The position numbers were made by a program, and so were the translations under genes. The notes beneath the pieces are model-generated. The model made no database searches and was not told the DNA's origin. It saw only the letters and a program-made list of their open reading frames with translations. A stretch of DNA of 64,000 nucleotides from the NCBI GenBank assembly GCA_013265495.1, contig MU058824.1, positions 2,383,111-2,447,110 of the forward strand, given 5' to 3'. Below, in pieces: positions 39,127 to 50,095 of this stretch (the first letter of the stretch is position 1; every line of letters begins with the position of its first letter). The stretch is from Vicugna vicugna. Taxonomy: Eukaryota.

Positions 39127-41455
39127 GGACGCCCACTTTCACTGCTGCCACCCAACATTGTGCTGGAAGTTCCAGTCAGAGCAAAGGGACAAGAAAAAGA
39201 AGTAAGTGGCATCCAGGCTGGAAAGAAAGTAAAATCATCTCTTTTTGCAGATGACATGATCTTATATGCAGAAAACCTAGTGATTCTGCAAAAAAAACAC
39301 CCCCCAAAAACAAAACACTAGGGTACAAGAACAACATACAATATGCATGACTGGGGACATTGTGCTATACACCAGAAATTGACACATTATAAATTGACTG
39401 TACTTCAATTTAAAAAAAAAAGGTTAACATACAAAAATAAGTGGTGTACACCAGCAAAGAACAAGCTGAAAGGGAAATTGGGAAGACAATTTCATCTACA
39501 AAAGCATCTGAAAGAATAAAATACTTAGGAATAAATTTAATCAAGGAGGTGAAAGACTTCTGCATGGAACACTATAGAACACTGCTGAAAGAAATTTAAA
39601 AAGACCTAAATAAACAGAAAGATACCCAGAGTTCGTGGATTGGAAGACAATATTAAAATGGCAATACTGCCCAAAGCAATCTACAGATTCAATGCCATCC
39701 TTATCAAAATTCCAATGGCTTTTTTTTTTTTTGCTGAAATGGAAAATCTAGTTCTCAAATTCATACGGAATTGCAAAGGACTCTAAACAGTCAAAACAAT
39801 CTTGATAAAGAACAAAGTTGGAGGTCTCAGAATTCTTGATTTCAAAACTTACTGCAAAGTTAAATGGTGTGGCACTAACATAAGGATAGGCCTATCACCT
39901 TATATCTCAAGAGGATAAAATTAAAGGTCCTGAAATAAATTTGACAAGGGTGCCAAGTCCACTGAATGGGGAAAAGAATAGTTTTTTCAAGAAATGGTGC
40001 TGAGACAACTGGATATGCACATGCAAAAAGATGAAGTTGGATCCTTATCTTACACCATATACAAAAGCAAACTGGAAATGGATCAATGACTTAAATATAA
40101 ATAGCTAAAACTATAAAATTCTGAGAAGAAAACACAAAGATAAATCTTTATGACCTTAGATTTGGCAACATATTCCAGATATGACAACAAAAAAAAAATA
40201 AGCAATGAAAGAAAAATAGACCAATTGAACTTCATCAAAATTTACAACTTTTGTGTATCAGGGGACATTATCGAGAAAGTGTAAAGACAACATACAGAAG
40301 AGAAAAGAGTCACCAATGATACATCTGATAGGGTCTAGTATCTAGACTATATAGAGAACTTTTACAACTCAATAACGAAAAGAAAAACCATCCAATTTAA
40401 AAATGGGTGAAGGACTTAACTGACATTTCTCTAAAGAGGATATATAATTGCCTCCTGGTGTCCAAAGGAGATTGGATGCTCAAGCCTCATAAAATGGCAT
40501 AGTATTTGCATATAACCTACGTACATCCTCCTGTATACTTTCAATCATCTCTAGATAACTTATAATGCCTAATACAATGTAAATGCTATGTAAGTAGTTG
40601 CCAGTGTGCCGTAAATTCAAGTTTTTCTTTTTAAATTTTTCTTGAACTTTTTTCAAGTATTTTTGATCCACTATTGGTTGAATCTGTGGATACGGAATCT
40701 GTGGATATAGAGGGTCAGTTGTACATATGGCCAACAAGATACTCAACATCATTGGTCATTAGGGTAATGCAAATCAAAACCACAATGAGATACCACTTTA
40801 CAACCATGACAATGGCTATAAATCAAAACCCTAAAACCAAAATGGAAAAGAACAAGTGTTGGTAAGGATTTGGAGAAATTGGAGCCCTCACATATTGCTG
40901 GTAGGAAGGCAAAATGATGCAGCTGCTTTGGAAAACAGTTTGGCAATTCTTCAAAAAATTAAATGTAGAATTATCGTATGATCCAGCAATTCCACTTCTC
41001 AGTATATACCCAAAAGAATTGAAAACAAGTACTCAAACAAACACTCGTACAGAAATGTTCACTACAGCATTAATCACAATAGACCCAAAGTGGAAACAAC
41101 CAAAATGTTCGTCAACTGACGAATTTGAATATTATTTGGTAACAAAAGGGAATGAACGTGTCTTGAAAACAATATTCTAAGTGAAAGAAGCCAGACACAC
41201 GAAGTCACATATTATATGATTTAATTTATGGGAGATATTCAGAATAGGTGAGTCCATAGAAACAGATTGGTGGCTGCCAGCAGGGGCATGGGGAGTAATG
41301 GTTAACTGAGTACAGGGTTTTATTTCAGAGTGATGAGAATGTTTTGGATCTAGATAGAGATGGCAATTGCACAACAATATACTAAATGCCACTGAATCAC
41401 TTTAAAAGAGTTAATTTTATGTTATGAGAATTTTACTTCAACTGAAAAAAAAAAA
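39127..41455 (+). mobile_element. Old L1 (L1MB-like) ORF2 3' part and 3' UTR, with nested insertions
   Basis: tttgcagatgacatgat (FADDM), aatctacagattcaatgc, [11 protein letters not shown] in ORF 40674..40865; A-tail near 41450. Confidence 0.92.
40445..40721. mobile_element. MER2-type Tigger MITE inserted at TA within the L1
   Basis: aaaatggcatagtatttgcatataacctac...ttggttgaatctgtggatacggaatctgtggatatagagggtcagttg|TA; the L1 resumes as catatggccaac. Confidence 0.85.
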
Positions 41456-44400
41456 CCTGCTCACTTTGGCTGCTGATGAGAATAGCTTGATGTGGGGTGA
41501 GGATGGAAGCCAGGATATGGTGAAGAGGCTCTGGCAAAAGTCCAGGTGAGGTGATGGTGACCTGGACCAGAGGTGGGGAAGGGTGGGAAGTGCAAAGAGA
41601 AATGCCCAGAAGAATATTCACTAAAATGGGATCAGTGCCTATCTCTCAGCAGAGGGAATTACTTTGAATTACTTTGTTTTATTATTTAAATTGTTTACAG
41701 CAAAGATCAATTACCTATACAAGCAAAACAGACAAAAAAGTCATCTGGGGAAAAATGTAACATAACCTTCACCAGAGGGGATCTGGAAAAGGGCAAAACA
41801 AAATGGCTAAAAAGAAAATGAACTGTGAAAATGAGGCAGTGACTAGTAGGATGAACATTCAGTAAATATTTAAGAGACCTGTGGTTTATTATACCCCTGC
41901 AGCAGGTATCTCCATGAGGGTGGTGACTCTAAGACACTACAAGAGGGACTCAGACTTCTTCCCTTCCTTCATCTCTAGTTGGGATGTGGGTGTGATGACT
42001 GGAGCTTCAGCAGCTAGATGAACCATGAGGCAAGGATATATTGCAAGGATGGCAGAATGAAAAACTGGAAAGGTTATTGATTCCTAATGTCAAGGAAGAT
42101 GTCTTACCAGCCCTGGAATGCCTATCTCTGCAGTTCTTCTAAGTGAAAGAAAACTAAATTTCCATCTTAAGTCTTCCTTATTTTGTTTTACTTTTTTCCC
42201 TAGCACATGCAGCCAGATCTGCATAATGAAAATATCCTGCATGGAGCTTTATTCTGATCCCCTCACTTGAATGAGAGTGAGTGAAAGTCCAAATTCCTCA
42301 GGACTTTGCACCAGTTTATGGCTCCTACCACATCCTGCTGAGACTTGCGGTGACTGGACTGCTATTTCCCCTCAGCTGAGGATAGCTCTTGGCCCAGCAT
42401 GGGGTAAGTGCTCTGTAGGGCTGGACTGAATGGCCCTGAATCTGCCTGTTAGAGCTGGAATTTCTCCTTCTCCACACTCTCTGTTGAGACCCACATTCAT
42501 TCAATATATATGGACTCCAAAAGTCATCACGTAAATACTTTATGATGATGATGCTGGTGGTGGTGATGATGACGATAACGATAAATCTTTTAGGCTTCTC
42601 ATTATACGAAAATAGAATAAATTCTAGCTACCCTCCTTGGGCCAGCCTGGTTTTTCATGAAGGCAGTCAGGCTCTGGGAGTCTGGAAAGCTCTTCCCGGC
42701 TCCAGTCCAGGGCAGCATTCCGGGAAGAGGCAGCAGGATTGGTTTGTGTACTGCCCAGATTCCCTTCCCCATCCCCCATCTCCAGCTCATCCCCTGGGAG
42801 GGGGATGGGTACATGAGGGATGCCAGTCATGACTCACCACTGTCCACCCAGGCCTGCTGCTCTCTCACAGCCTTGGTTTCCCCAGTTTTCAAATGTGCAG
42901 GTGGGATAATGGGAGTTTTAAGGCTCCCTGAAATCCAGACATTTTATTATCTTTATCTGCTGCCCAGAAATCATACCTCATGGAACAAGAACCTTGCTTA
43001 AAACCATCTTGTGCTAACACTCTCAGCCAGGCACACCCAGCCCTGATGGTCAAGGTTCCCTTCCCCTGCCACCTGCTCCAGGATGCCTCAGACCACGCCA
43101 TTCCTCCAAAGCTCTATAATCCAGATGTCTCTCGGGCTTCCCTGACCTTCCAAGTTTTGGACAAAATCTAGACTGAACTCCAGTTCCAGGCGTTGGGATG
43201 GCCTAAAGTCCTCCCTACAATGCTCACTCCTGCTGGCTCTGTCATTTTATTATTTATCAAAGTGCTACCCTGTGCAGCGCATTGTGCTAATACAACAGGG
43301 ATGCAGAGATAAAAGCCACAGACACGGACACTTGGCTCATCACGCTGACATTCTTGAGGGTGAGGAGACTGGAAAAGGCTGAAAACAAGCAATTAACTGC
43401 CCAATTAATTAATTGATTAGAACAAATGCTTTCATTCAACAAACACTTATTGGGCACCTACTACATGCTAGGGTTTGTTAGGTGCGAGGACAGAACCGTG
43501 AACAAGACAGATGCGATGCTCGTACTCACGGAGCTCATGCTCTAAGGAAGGAGCCCACAAGCTCCATTATGCATTGATGTAATTTGAACTTACTCATTCA
43601 CTCAACGACTCTCTACTGAACCCCACTGTATCTCAGGCCCTGTGCTGGGCGCTGGGGGTTCTGTGTAAGCAAAAACAGCTGAGTCCCTGCCTCATGGCGC
43701 TTTCAGGCCAATGTAAATAAAGAGATAATAATAAAACAAGAATTGCTCTGAAGGACACACCCAGGATCCTGAGACGGAGAATAACCAAGGGGGAGTTGAA
43801 GGGATGGCATATCCTAAACAGTGTAGACAGGAAAGGCTTTCCTGAAAGAGGAGACGACGGTACAGGTGAGACCGAAAGGGTAATAATAGCTAATACTGAC
43901 AGAGCCTTCATGATGGGCCAGGTGCTATTGTAAGTGCTTTACATGTATCTTTACATATATAGAACAACCTCATAAAAATCTTGGGAGGCTGGTAATATTC
44001 TTTTCATCAGCTCATTTTACAGACAAGGAAATGGAGGCACAGCAGGTTTAAAAATTTACTCAAGTTCACACAGCTAGTAAGTGGCAGTGCCAAGACCATG
44101 GCCAAAGGAGATCCAGTTCCAGGCTGTGTTTCTAACCATGAAGCCTCTTACAGAGGAGGGAGGGCCAGCCCTGAAGACAGCATGGAACTGACAGTAGGAC
44201 CAGCATTCCAGGCAGAGGGTGTACGTGCAAAGGTCTGGGGTGGGAAAGAGCTTGGAGTGTTTGGGAAACAGAAAGAAGCCTGGGGGGCAGCAGCCCAGGG
44301 AGTGCTGGCAAGCATGATACAGGAGGACTGGAGAATGGTTTGGAGCACGAGGGAAGTCCAGCAGGGGCTGGACAGTTGGAGTGCCTCTCTGCTCCCTGAA

Positions 44401-44877
44401 GCCTTCTAGATGGCCGGCCTTAGGCTGGAGTAGAGATCTTGCAGGGACAGATGAAGGAAGGGAAGCTGCAGGTGCTAGACAGAGGAACTTTGGGGAAAGA
44501 GCAGGGATAGTCAGGGTAGGGACAGGACATCTTCTGTTCCTGGTTTGGATGGGACAGGCCTTGTTTGTGCCTCATGTCCTGAGATCATTTTAATAGTTCC
44601 TTCTTTCAACAGTATCTAGGTTTGTATGAAAAATAAACAGGACACCCTAGTCAAAGGGGATGTAGGGGCAAGTGTTGCTAGTCTGCTTTACCCCCAGACT
44701 TCACCATGCTGACCTCCTGCCTCGATGCTTTTGGAGTTGCGTTTGTGACTTTGGACCCAGCAGGGATGAGGGCAAGGAGGCCCAGTCACATCGCGCCCAA
44801 CTCAGGGCCTGGCATCCAGCTGGCACTCAACAGTGCACAGGGAATGATGTATTCAAAAGCACAACATTGTTCAGTAC

Positions 44878-45034
44878 CTCGCTTCTCCCCTGTGTAGGGG
44901 ACCAGATCTTCTCGGTCCTTAAACTCCTTTGCTTGCTTTTCCAAGTGATCCAAGAGTTCCTCCCTTTTAAAGGGGCCTGTGGGCGCCTTGGTGGTCTGAT
45001 CCTTCTGCCTCAGGCCAGCAGGCAGCAGTGCATT
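44878..45034 (-). CDS. TMOD1: Tropomodulin-1 exon 3 (157 nt)
   Basis: ctgtag|NALLPAGLRQKDQTTKAPTGPFKREELLDHLEKQAKEFKDREDLVPYTGEKR G|gtactg. Confidence 0.98.
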
Positions 45035-45064
45035 CTACAGTGGCGGTTGGGGGACCGGTGACAC

Positions 45065-45090
45065 AGAGAGAGAGAAAGAGAGAGAGAGAG
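45065..45090. repeat. (GA)n tract, (UC)n in the TMOD1 pre-mRNA, upstream of the exon 3 acceptor
   Basis: agagagagagaaagagagagagagag. Confidence 0.9.
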
Positions 45091-46235
45091 CAGTCAGCTG
45101 CTGAAGATTCGCATTTCTCCAGAAACTCTTCACTGAACAACGGGGAGCTCGGAGCTCAGAGCTCGTGAATCAGTCCAAGTTGCTCATTTACATGTAAGGA
45201 AACCAACAACCCGGAGGGGCAGGGATTTGCCCAAGGTCACAGGCAGATGGGGCAGAGCAAGGCTAGGGCCCAGGTCTCTTAACCATCCCTGCTTCCCAGC
45301 TTCTAATGTTTTTAAAGGCAAGGGGGTGAGGGGTCAACTGACCAGGGGCTGAGCATAGACGGCAGGCACCCAAGAGCATATGCTGAGTAAGAAATATGAT
45401 TAAGTTAGTGTTTGGATGCAGGAAGGTATTCACAGCCATTGTCCATAAAGTGTTTGGGGAGAGAAGCAGCCCAAGGGGGCTGAGTTAGGGCCCAGGGTGA
45501 AGAATCAGGCAGGAAGAGGCAGACCCCCAAAACAAGCAGGGAAAGCTGAGCAGGACTTCGAGAAGGGCCAGGCGTGCTCAGGCTGCAGCCCTGGACAGCC
45601 CTACAGCTGCTGTCTACCCTCCCGACTGTCGTGTTCATGCTGCCTGTTAAATATTTTGACCGTTGCCCCTGGAGATGGGTCTCTCAAGAAAGATAGCACC
45701 AACTAATCACTGTGTTCTCTTCTTCAAACATGAGCAGGCTTCTAGGTGTGGGCTCACTACTAAAGCAGATTACTAATCAGGGTGGACTTGAATCACATGG
45801 GCTCCACTTTCACTCAGCCCTCAGTGTTGTAGAGGTTCAAAGAAGTTCACAGTTGCAAGCAGGCTGAGAGATAGTCTAGTGCACACATGCTCCCTTCAAA
45901 AGGAAGCTGAGACTTTATTCAAGTGATAAAATTTTGTAATGTACCATAGCATAATAAATAGGTCACAATTTATAGCACAATAATGAAGGTACACCTGGTC
46001 CAAGTGGACTTAAACCCTTCCTACTTCTGAGGTGGAGGCAAAACACACACATGAATTGGCTCTTTAAAGTATGGCTTTTTCCCCAAGTAAATATTAGCTT
46101 CAGTGAAGAGCTCTAACAATTTTCCCAGGTACTCTCTAAAAGCTATATGACAAAAACACATCATAGGGACCAAACTATAAAGATGCTATAGAGAATTTGT
46201 TGTGTCCTGCATCTCTTGAAAAGAAGTATACTTCT

Positions 46236-46457
46236 GGGAGGGAGGGATAAATTAGGAATTTGGGATTAGTAGATGCAAACTATTATATATAAAATAGGTA
46301 AACAACAAGGTCCTACTGTATAGCACAGGGAACTACAGTATCTTGTAATAACCTATAATGAAAAAGGACATTAAATATATTTATAACTGAATCACTATGC
46401 TCTACAGCAGAAACTAACACAACACTGTAAATCAACTGTACTTCAATTAAAAAAAAC
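46236..46457 (+). mobile_element. Truncated L1 3' end with 14-bp TSD
   Basis: AGAAGTATACTTCT at 46222-46235 and 46458-46471. Confidence 0.88.
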
Positions 46458-47746
46458 AGAAGTATACTTCTAAGACTTGCCCAAATCTTAGAACAAAAAC
46501 CAGGGTCTTTCTTCAGATTAGGGGGACGGGGACAATCTTCAAGTCTGATCATTGCTCCCTCCTCACCCCCTGTCATTCAGGAGGTCGCGGAGGATACTGG
46601 GAAGGCTGATGTGGGCAGAGTCTCACCTCACTTCTTGCTGCACTCCTAAACTGGCAACATTGGAGGGCCATTACATCTCCAATCTTGGTATCAGCAAATG
46701 CATATCTTCAGTCACTCATTTGCATTCCAAATCCTTTCCTAAAAGCCCCCTCTGAGGGGGGAATGCTGTCAGGTATGTGAAGAGAGCTCTGTGCCTGGCA
46801 CGTGGAGGGATAAAGCTTGGGAGGGAAATACTACTGTTCAGCTGCAGTATGATTTTTTGTACAAGATATTTTACCTCTGTTCAACACCACAGTGCTGTTC
46901 CAATCACAGCAGTGGGTGCAAGATCAGGTGACAGGAGTGTGAGCCCCGCTCTGGGAGAGCTCAGGTGATCAGGGCCCTATACAGAGATCAGGGGCTCAGA
47001 GATTGAGTGGTGCAGGTGTCCATGCAAATGGATTTAGGCCACAAGTCAGGAGGGACATTTGGGAGCTAGAGCGAATTATGAGAGGACAGCCAGTAGGTAG
47101 GAAATCAAGCCTTGACTGATTTCAGGGTGGGAGCTGAGAACATAAGTGGTGCCCCAGATGTCCCCATTTTCCTGAAGCAGCAGTCCTCAGACCTGTCCAC
47201 TGTGACATGAAGGATGAACAAGGGTCCACAAATAAGTCATGCTTGTGGGCATGTCCCAGGTGAGCCGGGATTTCCTGTGGCTATTTCTGTGTGTCCACTC
47301 AGTGTAAGTACATTTACTGTAGCTCAACTGAGTGAGGGAACAGCCTAACTGGCCCACAAACGTCCATCTGTGATTACCCATAATGAGTCATCAAATTCTT
47401 TGTGACGTGCCAGCACCTCACAGCTGACCCCACACCAGGCTTAAGCCCTGACTTAGAGTAATGAGGTCACCAGCTACATGATCAAGTCACCTAATCTCAC
47501 TGTTCCTCCATTTCTACAGCTGTAAAATGTGAATAATTCCTGTCCCTCTCTCAGAATTGAGAAAATTAAATTCGATAATGCTCAGCACAGTGCCCGACAC
47601 GGTGATCACTCACAAATTATTACTGACCATTGTTGCTCTTATTCTATAATCAGATAAAATCCCTTTTAACAGGAGATCAGTTACCCAAATATGTATGTTG
47701 AACGGGGGCTGTATTATCTAAGTATATCTTACAATTCAAAAAATGA

Positions 47747-47770
47747 ACACACACACACACACACACACAC
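47747..47770. repeat. (AC)12 microsatellite
   Basis: Read directly. Confidence 0.95.
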
Positions 47771-48174
47771 ATAAAATGAATTAAGCATGGAAAGCAACTG
47801 TTTTCCCAATGATGCCCACAAGGCATCAGATTTTTGTCACTGTAGAGGATTTGGATGGCAGTGAGGTGCTGGGGTACATTCTGGCCTCCAAAAGGCTCGA
47901 TGTTGTGTTGGGAGAAACCCACAAGGTTGTTACTGAGGGGAAAAGGGTTTGCAAACTCACATCTCTTTTTGAACATATCTGATAGAGGCCACTGATTTTC
48001 ACATTTTTTTTTCTTTTTGTTTTTTTTTTATATCTATATGAGATGATGGATGTTCACTAAACTTATTGTGTTAATTATTTCACAATACATGTAAGTCAAA
48101 TCATTATGCTGTACACCTTAAACCTATTCAGTGCTGTATGTGAATTTTATCTTAATAAACCAGAGGGGGAAAGT

Positions 48175-48390
48175 AGGGTTTTTCAATCTCGCCACAAGAA
48201 ACATTTGGGCTGGATGATTCCTTGTCATGGGGGCTATTTTATGCACTCTTGGCTGTTTAGCAGCATCTCTGTCTTCTACCTAATGGATGCCAGGAGCACC
48301 CCCTCTCCAAGTTGTCACAGCCAAAATGTCTCCAAACATCCAGACGTCCCATGGAGGGGGGGCAAAATCATCCCTGATTAAGAACCATTG
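48175..48390. mobile_element. MER20 (hAT-Charlie)
   Basis: tttgggctggatgattccttgt...tgtttagcagcatctctgtcttctacc...gatgccaggagcacc...aaaatgtctccaaacat...aagaaccattg. Confidence 0.85.
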
Positions 48391-48734
48391 TGTTAAACTG
48401 AAGCCCATATCATGATAATAGGGGAATAAAATTTTTTTAATGTATCTTAAAAATATTACCTATATAGCATGTTAAAACATAGTTTCATTTATCTTCATTG
48501 AAAGCAGTTGATTTTTTTAAAAGGCAAAAACATCAAAGGCCTTTTCTAACAATTCTCAGCTTATTGGATTTTTAAAGTAAATATTGAAAATATTAGCCTC
48601 GCTAGTTTATTTTCATTCCATTAAGTGGTATGTTTAGTGAAATATAAGATGATTTCCAAGTAAAACCAAAGATAGTTGCATATTTTTAAACTCATGATTA
48701 TTTATCATTTTAACTTGTTTTCAAAAACAGCATA

Positions 48735-50095
48735 TGAACTCACATGGTATACAAAAATTAACTCAAGATAAATCAAAGACCCAAATGTAAGAGCTGAAAC
48801 TATAAAACTTTTAGAAGAAAACACAGGCATAAATCTCTGTGACCTGGATTAAGCAATGGTTTCTTAGATATGATACTAAAACAATAAGCAACAAAAGAAA
48901 AAATAAATTGGACATCATCAAAGTTGAAAATGTTTGTGCTTCAAAGGATACTATCAGGAAAGTAAAAAAACAACCCACAGATTGGGAAAAAGTTTTTGGA
49001 AATCATATTTCTGAGACAGCTCTAGTATGTAGAATACATAAAGATCTCTTAAACTCAAAATATAAGACAAATAACAGAATTTAAAAAGTGGGCAATGGAT
49101 CTGAATAGGTATTTCTCCAAAGAAGGTATAAAAATGGCTAGGTAGTACATGAAAAGATGCTTGACATCATTAACCATCAGGGAGACACAAATCAAACCCA
49201 GAATGAGATATGATTTCACACCCATTAGAATGGCTATAATAAAAAAGACAGATTAAAAACAAGTGTTGGCCAGAATGTGGAGAAATTGAAACACCCGTAC
49301 ACTTCTGATGGCAATGTAAAATGGTGTAGCCCCTCTGGAAAACAGTTTGGTGGCTTCTCAGAAGATTAAAAATAGAGTTATCATATGATATAGCAGTTCC
49401 ACTCCTAGGTCTATATCCAAGAGAAATAAAATAATATGCTCACCCAAAAACTATTACGTGAACGTTCATAGGAGTGTTAGTCACAATACCAAAAAAGTGG
49501 AAACAACTCAAATGTCCATCAGATGATGAATGGATAAATAAAATGTGGTATATCCACACAATGGAATACTATCTGACAATAAAAAGGAATGAAGTACTGA
49601 TGCAGGCTACATCACAGATGAAACCCTGAAAACATCATGCCAAGAGGAAGAAGCCAGTAACAAAGGACTGCACACTGTCTCATTCCATTTACATGAAATG
49701 TCCAGAATGGTCAAATCTATAGAGACAGAAAGTAGCTTAATGGTTGCTCAGAGCTGAGGAGGATGGTGAGAAACAGGGAGTGACTGCTAATGGGCACAGG
49801 TTTCTTTTAGGTGATGAAAATTCTCTAAAATTGATGATGGTGACTGTTGTATAACTCTGCGAATATACTAAAAAAATGAATTGTACACTTTATTTATTTT
49901 TGTTTATTTTTGGGGGTGAGAGGTAATTGGGTTTATTTATTTATTTTTAATAGAGGTACTGGGGATTGAACCCAGGACCTTGTGCATGCTGAGCATGCAT
50001 TCTACCACTGTGCTATACCCTCCCCCTGAACTGTACACTTTAAATGGATGGATTTTATGGTATGTGAGTTATATCTCAAAAAAGATGTTATTAAA
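48735..50095 (+). mobile_element. Old L1 (L1MB-like) 3' portion
   Basis: tatacaaaaattaactcaag...aaactataaaacttttagaagaaaacacagg...aaatgtccatcagatgatgaatggataaataaaatgtgg. Confidence 0.9.
49893..50026 (-). mobile_element. tRNA-derived SINE of camelid (vic-like) type
   Basis: Minus strand GGGGGAGGGTATAGCACAGTGGTAGAATGC...GGTTCAATCCCCAGTACCTC, with A and B boxes and an (AAAT)n tail. TSD TGAA(T/C)TGTACACTTTA at 49877-49892 and 50027-50042. Confidence 0.88.

Noticed and set aside
49955..50026. tRNA-like sequence with A and B boxes
   Set aside because: It is a SINE head with an A-rich tail and TSD, not a tRNA gene
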